Positions 55,501 through 62,946 of a stretch of DNA of 64,000 nucleotides are shown here, piece by piece. The notes beneath the pieces were generated by a model. It saw only the letters and a list, made by a program, of their open reading frames with translations, was not told the origin of the DNA and made no database searches. Positions within the stretch are counted from its first letter, which is position 1, and the number at the start of each line of letters is the position of its first letter. Source of the stretch: an uncultured bacterium (GTDB lineage: Bacteria > CAIJMQ01); assembly GCA_903821905.1 (NCBI GenBank), contig CAIJMQ010000121.1, forward strand, positions 695 to 64,694, given 5' to 3'. A program made the position numbers and the translations under genes.

Positions 55501-57277
55501 CAATCGTGCCTTCCATGCTTGAACCTATTCTAAGTGTTTTGTTTGCATCTCTTATGTATGCTGATATTGTTCCTGTGCCGTTTGGGGTTCCGTTTAAATA
55601 ATGGGTTACTTCTGTTCCCGACATCCTAACTGCTAAATATTGCCAACCAAAAGAAGGGCTACTCGTTGCCGGAACGGAATCAGATACAACACCACTGCCA
55701 CCGGAGAATGACGGAATACCGTCGTCCAAATAGTAATCATATGGCGCAGGTATGTCATTCTTGGTCTTACCAACTAAACCTCTGTATCCTACAAAATCTG
55801 TAACTTTAACCCATAACGAAATTGTAATATTTCCGGTAATAGCTAAACTGGAGGAATCAGGCACAATGATAGAATCTCCGGATGTAAACTCATCGGCTCC
55901 GTCTATTTGCGCTGCAGTATCTTTGCTAATGGAACCCAAAGGCGTGCCATCGTTACTGTTAAAGGTTGAATCATATCGAGTATCAGAAGAATCTTCCTCC
56001 AAATGCTGAACCATCATATAATTAGAATCCCACACATTTTCCGTATCTTGTGCATCTTGAGCACTAGGATTGCCGTAATACATATATATAATAGTAGTAT
56101 CTGCTGAGCTTATCTCCGGCACTTTTACCCAGACTACAGAATTGCTACCTTTATCCCATTTTTCTATTTCGTATTTTAATGGATTGCCTTCGGAATCAGT
56201 GAATCTTATATCTGCACCAGCATCTTTTGTATTATTGTAATCGATGCGGGAAGAATCAAGTTTCACACACAGCGGGAAATTCTCTAAATTTGCATCTATC
56301 TTGGTATAGTCTATGCTGAGTTTTTTCCTGAAATTCCATTTTTCATATTTAACTACTGAACCATCTCCTGTATTAGCAGCCCAAGCTGTATCGTATTCAG
56401 TATTGGTTCTATCAGAAATAGAATTGGCAGATACATCTTGAGGAGAAACGGATGTTTTGTCTCTGAACCTGTCTATATGAATGAGTGCGGTATCTTGACC
56501 AATAATAGAATGGTCGGCTGGCAAGCCAGAGATAGTGGTAAGAATATTGGGATTGGTTGTTTTATCTATATCTTTTATTTCTAAAACATAGGTGTTGGTT
56601 TTAGCTCGGTTATCGCTCTTAAAATCTATTTTCATTCCCGGCAGAATGCCGGTATCTTCGCTGTAAAGGTTGAACATGGTATCGCCGGCATCAAAACTAC
56701 TGTAATAATAAGGCGTTACTATTGCAGTATCGGGAGGTTCTATCCTGCCCTCACTGGCGAGTTGGGTAACTGACGAATCTTCATCTGATTTATCTGTTAT
56801 CCATACTCTCTCATTGCTTTGATTGGCAGAAACGGCAACCGGTTCGGCAAATCCCCCTGCTCTCACTAGCTCCATATAGATAGGAGAATCTGTTACATCC
56901 TCGGTTTTGTTATTAAAATTATAGAATTCTACAATCCAAGAATCCTGACCATCACCATCAAATTTTATGCTCTGAATCTCATAAACATTTTTTCTATCAT
57001 CTCCGAAACTTAATTTTAAACCCGGATAGAATAAAGCTGTGGGATTAGTGTTAACTCTTATTTCACTATCTGTTAAACTTACGTCTTCTTTAGGGTCTCC
57101 TGCTACACTTATAACAGTCGGTGCGTGGCCTTCTTTGTAAAGACGGCTTACTTGCTCATTACCTGTATCTGCTACCCACGCGTCTGAAAATGCGTATGAA
57201 GGGAAAAGAAGCGCAAGGATAATAACAAGTATTAAATTTTCCCTGAAGAATTTGTTTTTTATTAATCTGTTATTCAT
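46568..57277 (-). CDS. Giant (3569 aa) secreted mosaic protein with DUF2341, LamG, Kelch-like propeller, Asp-box (BNR) blades, a six-blade NHL propeller and Ig/FN3-like C-terminal domains
   Basis: Sec signal peptide (LILVIILALLFPSYAFS/DA). Two DUF2341-like segments (IDYTKIDANLENFPLCVKL...IRFTDSEGNPLKYEIEKWD...VWVKVPEISS..TIIYMYYGNP, and a second copy). Two LamG-like segments ending TIDEVRISN(/D)(I/V)ARSSAWIKA.Y. Seven YRYDGG..W.D.G...SLAVY..KLYAGT units. At least 9 S.DGG.(S/T)W Asp-boxes. Six GISYDSSTGYIYV.D..N.RI(V/I)KTK.DGTGWT units. Confidence 0.85.
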   Translation of the reverse strand: MNNRLIKNKFFRENLILVIILALLFPSYAFSDAWVADTGNEQVSRLYKEGHAPTVISVAGDPKEDVSLTDSEIRVNTNPTALFYPGLKLSFGDDRKNVYEIQSIKFDGDGQDSWIVEFYNFNNKTEDVTDSPIYMELVRAGGFAEPVAVSANQSNERVWITDKSDEDSSVTQLASEGRIEPPDTAIVTPYYYSSFDAGDTMFNLYSEDTGILPGMKIDFKSDNRAKTNTYVLEIKDIDKTTNPNILTTISGLPADHSIIGQDTALIHIDRFRDKTSVSPQDVSANSISDRTNTEYDTAWAANTGDGSVVKYEKWNFRKKLSIDYTKIDANLENFPLCVKLDSSRIDYNNTKDAGADIRFTDSEGNPLKYEIEKWDKGSNSVVWVKVPEISSADTTIIYMYYGNPSAQDAQDTENVWDSNYMMVQHLEEDSSDTRYDSTFNSNDGTPLGSISKDTAAQIDGADEFTSGDSIIVPDSSSLAITGNITISLWVKVTDFVGYRGLVGKTKNDIPAPYDYYLDDGIPSFSGGSGVVSDSVPATSSPSFGWQYLAVRMSGTEVTHYLNGTPNGTGTISAYIRDANKTLRIGSSMEGTIDEVRISNIARSSAWIKASYYSECDTPSAHLVTFGDEENIRYAGVSKVKVFNSPKSISVNSSNGEAWVATPEPNLKLYGGSYASSGSNRAKVYRYDGGSTWTDLGKFTPFGNPGSSAYCLAVYNNKLYVGTADQASVFYYDGSTWKDTWLGGSSVYSLVVYDGKLYAGTDSSNGARVYRYDGGHSWTDVGRLGSDEDVLSLAVYNDQLYAGTYPSGGVYRYDGGTTWEPVGGLGNHVFSLAVYDDGVYGEKLYAGTYPSGHVYRYDGPITSGGGGYKWTDLGHLGPLIPPLGANTSVDSLIVYNGKLYGGTSPSGHVYRYDGLDSEKHGIWSDLGQLGSNDTVTSLAVYNGKLHAGTSPSGHVYRYNGPNNWTDLGQLDTKQGVYSLAVYDETLHYDETTPSYAPAVVKLSKDGYKTINATINQYHSIGTATITLTDTSELDTGINISFGNNLTDVYMIGGIESDTQIVIASPLKESLGAQSQWFPIPWLLERGNGEASSPQIAISGTNAVSVWQQNDGAANSIYSNYSIDGGTSWGDSQLLELGSEEADSPQIAMSGSTAVAVWQQSDGAANSIYSNYSTDGGATWHDSQILEGTHGKWQYRKPIFIDHTKIDTDLTDFPLCVELNPTRIDYSNTQDSGQDIRFVSSEDTPLKYEIEKWDETDTSTIWVKIPKVSSTDSTIIYMYYGNPDATDAQDAANVWDSNFKLVTHMKDDPNVSSIKDSTTYANNGTKTSANKPIETAGEISKAQNFLEDPVVVQASTVIGTSTISSATQYPNQRKTFYAAGLHWVWYVDGTNFGYRTSADGATWSSFTSVGAVNGGAAYGYSGSACFDGTYVHYVRFTYPTGTNYIYYRRGTPVSDGSITWNAAEQLVITNPGNYNYLAPMIAIDSNGYAWIGMYRSVSAASTTYLPLVFKNANNNGTWSTASGFPYALSATNDTTWRVSILPLTGGKVYAIYSRDGQPGKGKLWNGSTWGSEETTMADAELGYGHSAVANGDDIYLVYLNNTLATGIMYNKRIGSTGLWGTEAAVQASAATAMVPVLSMDPATNNLYCFWAGAPTAVHIYYKKCVNGTWDTNPTDTNWSVSGQPMQSYESGGDLYETFYGATTWKSQSFISTINDNLFRVEFYLQRGAGTNNVPITVKIYAADAQNKPTGSALYTGTISSFTPGGGAAWRTHILTTPLSVLAGQKYCLVLGAPTGTAAQYYQWYVDSTSPTYTDGNWAFSADTELTWTADINKDGYFRALFESSFPSNDTLSCFYQSYSSKIGVEYMTRGATPYNVKFGFLQLPSTVKVNMGSNASLNLNTAGTLEAWVSDTGTTNSNMYIVGTEDITTDTNGYSLSAHQNRILFEIADTTLSNKVDVTPSLGTTWHNIVGTWNGTNLKLYQDGTNIGTAVQTLNPNPISASGLWIGADPQNAFKRNFSGTIDEVRISDVARSSAWIKAQYNSMIDNLITFGNAEETATTLGPIPSLDIAMDGNKVVVVWQQNSSTYYNYSINGGTSWYWGGSQLLGQGNDAALSPQVAMSGNNAAAVWQGSEGWMTLGGFYYPYGISYDSSTGYIYVADTVNHRIVKTKMDGTGWTAYGSYGSGAGQFSGPEGISYDSSTGYIYVLDSGNDRIVKTKMDGTGWTTLGGFTSYIEGGISYDSSTGYIYVADTDNSRIIKTKIDGTGWTTLGGFAYPYGISYDSSTGYIYVSDEGNSSIVKTKIDGSGWTILGGFSWPTGISYDSSTGYIYVTDIDNSCIIKTKIDGTGWTTYGSAGSGAGQFSGPEGISYDSSTGYIYVADTGNSRIVKTKGTGIGGGNIVSSYSINSGASWSDSQLLEMGSEEADSPQIAMSGNNAVAVWQQSSSVYSNYSSDGGATWGDSQLLEQGNGGASSPQIAINSDTAVAVWQQYDGPVYSIYSNYSSDGGATWHDSQLLEMDNDWAFSPQIAINSDTAVAVWKQYDGTANSIYFNYSSDGGATWHDSQLIEQDNGEASSPQVAMSGNNAVAVWQQDDGDTNSIFAYNIFLNQPSFVTPSFTIPVGRELARIDGFLNPISVSVNSNSGDCWVADDDPNTDTDDTVVWIKGNIGEADITTAGYDITNDVGSHKIIKGFNNPVSVAVDPVSGDCWVACQGEDGGDSYIVRLDKEITNGYDISGSGNLHTKIYGFSSPTSVSVDPSTGECWVVDSGDSQIVRLAPEGHRYTGYTVLGSYAISDTEITLANPTTGTSDTDLYRPLKVSFGSFTTDIEPVYELKSVSYPSADTTIIELASGLEAVVSGGAGVYKELARVGGVSSPKDVSAFRGPDLGQGLHPWGLQIRELYVVDKDKIPVDQDDGWEPFPAMAPVHDATPQFRWKYLDVDGSGLPLKSYQIQIYTINKEGGNHFVPVWDSDIQVIQPGIDIMPGQWIYTDWDKVSGTTKENDSTSIYSADHYSPPFDLDDCPDLSQIFDDVTDTSTGDHTFYVQLTVKNKNDVEDTYPELISDALNSYSPITFTLDRTPPGAYLVCGTGTQESGKQVNVPATTKGPIKINNGDSIANYLQTDNYYWDEVCVEWDGGNTEIVQTDSPWIPTKDVTVRVKVKDRNNENLAEVGDPSHKGHNPATIEFDEKDTDCSGISINKGSAQYRYSLATSPEPRVWSQWQDCSEIRLYDETILPYHVGNVIKETDETRNTFVWLYANVKFDNGDTNLIQFRIKDEGNLEVKKDLNDTTTVWITPNMGYSHADTESVEIVTGHPVEFQVASNTYGYSIQINADVPQVILTQYPSNPFPHTYASFRWTKIDTTECRYKSKLEHWTGTVWTTDYDPSYYDPSNDIGDWSLVPGTTDATSTSFENLTVGTWYRFLVKAKDQNGSSCVQSLVPRRVSADVIWVWYVSPEVPDTIITYGPSDQTSGDVTFRFTGVGGMPPYEYRHYLIGKDSGWTGWVPLDNSASYLGLKEGTYIFEVQAREQNNHNNFDQTPARKIFTVVDPNHPPYSTVSPDNLYKYFREIGE
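49480..50095. repeat. Tandem coding repeats: five ~50-aa Asp-box (BNR) blade units
   Basis: Unit is SPQIA(M/I).(S/G)..AVAVW(Q/K)Q.DG...SIY.NYSSDGGATW.DSQL(L/I)E. Near-identical DNA blocks (ctgactatcatgccaagttgctccgccatcacttgagtaattg) recur at ~150-nt spacing. Related units are at about 50890-51060 and 53730-54050. Confidence 0.8.
50110..50870. repeat. Tandem coding repeats: six NHL-type blades (123-144 nt each) with very high nucleotide identity
   Basis: The 37-nt anchor catagatata(t/g/a)cc(c/t)gtggaagaatcgtaagaaatacc occurs at 50149, 50293, 50416, 50539, 50668 and 50812. The spacings are 144, 123, 123, 129 and 144 nt, all in frame. Confidence 0.9.
54330..55245. repeat. Seven Kelch-like beta-propeller blade units (protein-level repeat)
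   Basis: Repeated (K/R/G/H)VYRYDG...W.D.G.LG......SLAVY(N/D)..LYAGT at ~45-aa spacing. Family assignment (Kelch-like) is by pattern only. Confidence 0.6.
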
Positions 57278-57309
57278 AATCTTTTAATTTTTACTTTTAC
57301 ATTTTACTA

Positions 57310-60300
57310 CTATCTCTCCATTACCACTATATATTTCTTCTCGCCTAAAATCTCGTATGTTTTATGATCATGACTAACAGTTCCATTATCGCTTTCTCTA
57401 AGCGCCTGCCCCTGCGATATTATCGTGAAAACTTTGGATTTGGTTGTTATGAGATTTGAGATTTTGGAGAAAGTATTTAAATCAATAGCCTTATGACCGG
57501 AGCTACCTTCTACATCCAAAATTTCCCCGATGGTGTGGAATGGGCTATTATTCTTTCTATGAGCTACTATAGAATCAGCAATATCTTTATCTATTCCCGG
57601 CAATGCCTGCAACACCACTGTATCAGCCGTGTTAATGTTTATTACTCCGTAGGTTTTGTATTCAGGAGCTAAAATGGCAGCGTCAAAATAAAGAGAAATG
57701 ACATCAGTATCAGGCGGGGCAATCTCCAACTGGAGAAATTCACCATCACTTCCGCTAGGGATTTTTCCTCCGATAGTTATCTGCCCAAAACAGGCAATAT
57801 TATCTTCTGAAAAAGACACAACTCTGGTTTCGCCGGATGGCTCAACTCCTGTTGTCACTGTTACCAGCATTGTATCTGAAACATCAATGCTATGTCTGGA
57901 CACTTTGCCTGAAATATAGAGAGTATAAATACCGGTATCAGGATTAATTCGCTGATTTATACCCCATGTCCAAATACCAGGACTACCACCCAGAGCGGAA
58001 ATAGAATAAAAGGGTGTCAAAAATGTATCACCAGCTGGTTGTTCAGGATCCCATCCCACCCCAGAATAATATGTAGAATTCTCCGCTTCCAATCTCTTCG
58101 CAGATACTGTAATTTTATCGGCAAGCGCTCTGATTTCATCTATATAGTCATTGTTGCTATTAGATAAATAACCTAAACGAGACCATTCATTCGTAGTATC
58201 GCATATGCTTACTTCCTTTATATCCCCTATTGTAGCAAACGGCAAATTTCGTATTTCCATATTAACATCCAAGGCTTTGTTATATATGCTATTTTCCCCA
58301 CCCGGAGTTCCGCCTTTAATACTTGGCACTTCCGAATCAGCATTATTAAGATGCCAAAAATCATCTACTCCATCGCCATCCAAATCATAAATAGCAGTCG
58401 GGTCATTTTTCTCCAGAGCTATAAATCCATACACAGGAGTAATAGTGTCAACTCCCGGAATATTTTGAATATAACAGACCTGATTTATATCCTTTGCCCG
58501 ATAATTGACCTGCGCCACGATTTTTCTGTCAGCCAATGGGCCTTTCCACAATGTAACAGCCTTAAGTGGAAAGAATATGTAATAGTTGGATGGCACTGAA
58601 ATGCTAATGAGATCCCCATCCCAAGCCCACTTGGTATTTATAGTTATTTTATTTGAAGTATTACTTATAATCTGTCGTGTAATCTGTCGTAGTTCAGCCC
58701 CACCACTTGTCGTATTAACTGTCATATTAGCCGTAATAGTTGCGCCTTTCCATTGGTCAACATCCCAAGTTTTGGTAACTTCAGTTAAGGTATTGTTATC
58801 CACGCCCGTAGGAATTCCAGAATCTTCCCACTGTTTAGGAATAATCGGGGAATCTTCAAAGATACCGCCCCTAAGAACAATTGTATCTCCTAAAACATTT
58901 TCTGCAATATTTACCGGGGAAGTAGAAAGTTGAAGCGCCCGAACGTGCTTATCAAGGTCAACTCCGGGCCAAGTATTCTTAAAAGCTATGTTGTCAATTC
59001 CTGTCCCAAACCTAGCGCCTAGTTTCACATCAGGGTCCAGCATAAATTCTAAATTATCATCCCTGTCAACCGTCAATACCATATAATCTTTTGCTTCAAT
59101 AATAGTATCATTAGGAATTCTTCCCACAAAACCGCCTGAAGTAGTAAGTTCCCATCCGCCAATCTCTATATCTGTATCGGATATATTCACAAGCTCAACA
59201 TATTCGCAGTCAGGTTGTTGTGAGAATTGGATATAACCAAGTCGGGCTCCCGTTTTTATAATGTGATAGGAACAACCGATATTAATGGTCGGGCTCCAAT
59301 TGCCATCTATCTCTACCGTATCGGAGGTATTATTAGTAATTGTGTGAGTCTGCCTTACTCCTGTACCGTCCATAATTTTAATAGTATCACCTACCCATTC
59401 GCCAGGTGTCCAACTATTTACTCCGGTTTTGGAACCATCCGTCAACCTGTTAATATCTGTGTCCGTAGCAGTTCCTTCTTCATCAAAAAGGTCAGGAGAT
59501 GTTTTCAATACTACCGTGTAGTCACCGGGAACAAGAGGATGTCCATATTCCGGATTACTTAGCAGTTTTGGCACCCCCAAATCTTCCAGTAACCAACCGC
59601 CCATGTTATGCCCGCCAACATTATCCTCTGCTAAAACAGTATCATTTCGATCATCATTATTATATATATAAACACCAAAACTATTATCTGTTGAAGGATA
59701 AACACAATCATCATAAGAAAGAACTCTGACCCTGTAGAAACCGCCACGTTCAAGATGAATTTTAGCGGTTATATCGGCGCCGGGCATTTTAGAATAAATG
59801 CCGGTATCAGGCGTATCTAAATACCAATTTGTTATCCCTAATTGGTTTGGTAGTGTTCCCAATGGGTTCTGATTCTTGAAAAGGTCTTTCGCTTCCCATT
59901 GATATGCAGGCTTGACCATAATTTCATTTATCCGTATTCCTTCAATACCGCGCGCTATTGTTGGTGTTTCGGCTCCGGTTTCATCGGTAATTTTAAGAAA
60001 AGTGGAGACATTATCGGTATCGGCATAATCTATCGTATTAACTGCACATTGAGCCGCTAATCGTTTGATGTAATCATAGGTATAATCGGGAGAAGAACCA
60101 ATCAAACCTTCCCAAGCATCATACATAACTGTATAAAGAGCCGTTGCATCTTTAACAAGATTTATATTCATCCTCAAAAACCCCGAATCATTTGTATTTT
60201 CATCTGAGGAATAGACGGTGATATAGGGGTCAATATCACCTAATGCAACACCAGCATCAGCTATTTCTTCAACAACTATAAATGGGTCATCGTAGTTAGC

Positions 60301-61215
60301 CTCACCAGCATCACGAATACCATTAGGAATAATGGTATCCTTAAAATAAGGATCCCAAGCAACAAATTCATATGGGTCATCTACCCCCTCGCCTGGTTCA
60401 TCACATCCGGCATCTCCAATATATTCACCATGGTCGGGTCTACCATTACCGTTAAAATCCATTGTTGTAACATCCCAATCAGCGTCGTTGTCTATTCCGT
60501 CATATTCTAAAATAATACTGTCGGCATCGTCATCAATATTTGGTTGCCCTGCCTGTGGAAACGGTGGTGGTGTTACAATACCATCTAAACCATAACGACC
60601 ACGATTTGTACCATGTACCACGCCATCTGCTAAATCCTGAGGATTGCCTAAACCCCAACCTAATTGGGTGTTACCTGCATTGAAAAATCTTTCCAAACTT
60701 ATTTCAAATGGCTTCCATCCTTGAACAGCACCTCTGTTCCCTGCAGTATTTATATTTATTTTACTTGATTCATCGATTATTAGGACTGCATAACGACCAA
60801 CTGTATCGCTGCCGGTATCATCGGTAACATATATCCATTTGGACTCGTTACCACCAGTCCCATTATTTGTTACAGTTGTGTCATCTAAATTAACTTCCGA
60901 ACCGCCGAAAACTGAAATATTAGAAACAGGAGTCGTGTCATACCCCCAATTTTCGCTGTATGCATCATATCCTGTATCGCCTCCGTCTGATTTAAGGACT
61001 GCAATTGCGTGGTCTATTCCCGATTTTGCGATGTAGGATGCCTTCAAACTGTTTACGTAATTGAATGCGGCTTTTTCTTCCATCCGCATTGTATACATAA
61101 ATGAGACACCTATGGCTGAAAGAATAGCAATAATCGCAACAATAATAATAAGAGCCATACCGGATTTATTTTTAGAATCTGGAATAGTATCTTGAATTTT
61201 GAATTTATTTCTCAT
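57310..61215 (-). CDS. Giant (1301 aa) GspK/PilX-like minor pseudopilin with a ~1000-aa insertion including a lamin-tail-domain-like module and acidic calcium-binding-like loops (module B)
   Basis: N-terminus KNKSG/MALIIIVAIIAILSAIGVSF is a pilin-like helix without Glu+5, as in GspK. KININTAGNRG near the N-terminal part. C-terminus VININTADTVVLQALPGIDKDIADSIVAHR...SKVFTIISQGQAL is the GspK HhH end. The insert contains RINEIMVKP ... EYVELVNISDTDIEIGGWEL (LTD-like) and D-rich loops (DIDDDADS, DGIDNDADWD, DLDGDGVDD). ATGA overlap with the J-like gene upstream. Confidence 0.7.
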   Translation of the reverse strand: MRNKFKIQDTIPDSKNKSGMALIIIVAIIAILSAIGVSFMYTMRMEEKAAFNYVNSLKASYIAKSGIDHAIAVLKSDGGDTGYDAYSENWGYDTTPVSNISVFGGSEVNLDDTTVTNNGTGGNESKWIYVTDDTGSDTVGRYAVLIIDESSKININTAGNRGAVQGWKPFEISLERFFNAGNTQLGWGLGNPQDLADGVVHGTNRGRYGLDGIVTPPPFPQAGQPNIDDDADSIILEYDGIDNDADWDVTTMDFNGNGRPDHGEYIGDAGCDEPGEGVDDPYEFVAWDPYFKDTIIPNGIRDAGEANYDDPFIVVEEIADAGVALGDIDPYITVYSSDENTNDSGFLRMNINLVKDATALYTVMYDAWEGLIGSSPDYTYDYIKRLAAQCAVNTIDYADTDNVSTFLKITDETGAETPTIARGIEGIRINEIMVKPAYQWEAKDLFKNQNPLGTLPNQLGITNWYLDTPDTGIYSKMPGADITAKIHLERGGFYRVRVLSYDDCVYPSTDNSFGVYIYNNDDRNDTVLAEDNVGGHNMGGWLLEDLGVPKLLSNPEYGHPLVPGDYTVVLKTSPDLFDEEGTATDTDINRLTDGSKTGVNSWTPGEWVGDTIKIMDGTGVRQTHTITNNTSDTVEIDGNWSPTINIGCSYHIIKTGARLGYIQFSQQPDCEYVELVNISDTDIEIGGWELTTSGGFVGRIPNDTIIEAKDYMVLTVDRDDNLEFMLDPDVKLGARFGTGIDNIAFKNTWPGVDLDKHVRALQLSTSPVNIAENVLGDTIVLRGGIFEDSPIIPKQWEDSGIPTGVDNNTLTEVTKTWDVDQWKGATITANMTVNTTSGGAELRQITRQIISNTSNKITINTKWAWDGDLISISVPSNYYIFFPLKAVTLWKGPLADRKIVAQVNYRAKDINQVCYIQNIPGVDTITPVYGFIALEKNDPTAIYDLDGDGVDDFWHLNNADSEVPSIKGGTPGGENSIYNKALDVNMEIRNLPFATIGDIKEVSICDTTNEWSRLGYLSNSNNDYIDEIRALADKITVSAKRLEAENSTYYSGVGWDPEQPAGDTFLTPFYSISALGGSPGIWTWGINQRINPDTGIYTLYISGKVSRHSIDVSDTMLVTVTTGVEPSGETRVVSFSEDNIACFGQITIGGKIPSGSDGEFLQLEIAPPDTDVISLYFDAAILAPEYKTYGVININTADTVVLQALPGIDKDIADSIVAHRKNNSPFHTIGEILDVEGSSGHKAIDLNTFSKISNLITTKSKVFTIISQGQALRESDNGTVSHDHKTYEILGEKKYIVVMER

Positions 61216-61877
61216 TGTCTGCTCCCCGGTATATTTACAACAGTAATGAAAGTGTCATGTCTTATATCGTCTTTCTCCGGCTCATATTGCATAACAAGAG
61301 TAATTTTTACTGCTTTAGGTAAAGCATAAATTCCCGGGGAAGTTGATATTGTAGCTCTCTCGAACTTGGAGGTAGTTTTATCCCAATATTCAAATTTAAG
61401 GTCACTCACACTACCAATTAATGCATCACTATCTTGATTCCCGTGTCTGGTATTAAAATCAAAATCAGTTGAATTCGAAGTATAATGTCTCATAACAGTA
61501 TCCGCCTTATTATCACCTGCAGTACCATTCAACCAATACCCCACTTCACATAAATCGCCTTTTTCATTAGGGATAATAAAATAAAATTCATCTCCTATAC
61601 TATTTGTTCGGTCTCCACTAGCCACATTCCAAAGTTCGTAATGAGCTCCTATCCTTTCATCTACCATTGCTTGTTCTATTTCTCTTGACATCATATCAAG
61701 AGCAGCTCGTGCTTCTGAATAAATAAGCGCTTTGTTGGAGCCCCTTCTCTGAGAAAACAAACTGCCCTGAAACACCGAAAATACGGTTGAAGATATAACC
61801 GCCAAAATAGCAACAACAACCATTACCTCTATAAGAGTCAATCCCATTGCGGATTTAAAAATTTTTAATTTATTCAT
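61212..61877 (-). CDS. Minor pseudopilin, GspJ-like (module B)
   Basis: 221 aa. Prepilin motif MNKLKIFKSAMG/LTLIEVMVVVAILAV. Position immediately before the K-like gene, with 4-nt overlaps on both sides. Confidence 0.65.
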   Translation of the reverse strand: MNKLKIFKSAMGLTLIEVMVVVAILAVISSTVFSVFQGSLFSQRRGSNKALIYSEARAALDMMSREIEQAMVDERIGAHYELWNVASGDRTNSIGDEFYFIIPNEKGDLCEVGYWLNGTAGDNKADTVMRHYTSNSTDFDFNTRHGNQDSDALIGSVSDLKFEYWDKTTSKFERATISTSPGIYALPKAVKITLVMQYEPEKDDIRHDTFITVVNIPGSRQ

Positions 61878-62425
61878 CGGTATTTCTCATAAAAAGGGTT
61901 TGAAATGTAAGTGATAAATGTATCGGCTCTTTCCTTATCAGCTTCCATCCAGTAAACAGCGACATAAACTTTTTGGCTTAACAAAACATCGTCCCAATCT
62001 CCAGGTCGTCCAATAATTCCATTTCCGTTTGCATCCCAATCCTCAACTTTAATATATACATCCATCCCAGTAGTATCTCTATAGTCATATTCAATAAAAG
62101 GGAAATGATTAGTGTAATCTATTTTTGCATCTGTATCAGTAAATGGACCTGTATCTTGGCGTGCCAACTCAAAATATCCTACTCCATCAACATTGGTTGA
62201 AGCTAGATCATCGACTGTATCATAAATAGATGCGGCTGTTTTTATATTTTCTATTACTCTCTGGGCAAGAATACTTGCTGCTGAAAAGTTGGATGCTCTG
62301 CGGGAAGCTTTTAATCCGATAGGAAAAAGATTCGCCAATGCAACCAAAGCTATGGATAGGATAGCAAGAGATATGGCAATTTCAAGAAGAGTCATACCCT
62401 TATTATTAATTCTTAACTTTTTCAT
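61874..62425 (-). CDS. Minor pseudopilin, GspI-like (module B)
   Basis: 183 aa. Prepilin motif MKKLRINNKG/MTLLEIAISLAILS. Confidence 0.6.
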   Translation of the reverse strand: MKKLRINNKGMTLLEIAISLAILSIALVALANLFPIGLKASRRASNFSAASILAQRVIENIKTAASIYDTVDDLASTNVDGVGYFELARQDTGPFTDTDAKIDYTNHFPFIEYDYRDTTGMDVYIKVEDWDANGNGIIGRPGDWDDVLLSQKVYVAVYWMEADKERADTFITYISNPFYEKYR

Positions 62426-62943
62426 TCTACTGTTACCCTTCCCGTAAGACTATTAAAGGTAATTCTTTTAGTGTCAGAAGTAGATTCTTCCAAAAGAATA
62501 ATCGATGCATTTGCCGTACATCCGCCATTTGGTTTAAATTCTATCCAGTATATATCTCCACCGGGAGGATAACTAAATGATGTTGAGAGTTTCCAGTCAC
62601 TGGTAGAATCATCAAACTTCACAAATTCAGGTAATTTCTGCCAATTTTCTGAAACAGTATCTACACCATTTTCATTAAGATAAATACCGACAGCTTGATT
62701 AACCGTATCCAAAACTGCCCTGTAATGTTTTCTATATGTAATAGCAGCTTCACGGCTTTTTCTTAAAGCGGACATAACCATATCGCTACCTGCTCTTAAA
62801 TTACGGCCGCGCGCAAAACTTCTGAAAACCGGCATTGAAGCAGCAATTAATATAGCTATAATCGCCACCACCACCATCAGCTCCATAAAGCTGAAGCCTG
62901 CTTTATTTGACCGGCAATTGATGGATTTTTGATTTTTATCCAT
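62422..62943 (-). CDS. Minor pseudopilin, GspH-like (module B)
   Basis: 173 aa. Prepilin motif ...CRSNKAG/FSFMELMVVVAIIAILIA. Confidence 0.6.
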   Translation of the reverse strand: MDKNQKSINCRSNKAGFSFMELMVVVAIIAILIAASMPVFRSFARGRNLRAGSDMVMSALRKSREAAITYRKHYRAVLDTVNQAVGIYLNENGVDTVSENWQKLPEFVKFDDSTSDWKLSTSFSYPPGGDIYWIEFKPNGGCTANASIILLEESTSDTKRITFNSLTGRVTVE

Positions 62944-62946
62944 AAT

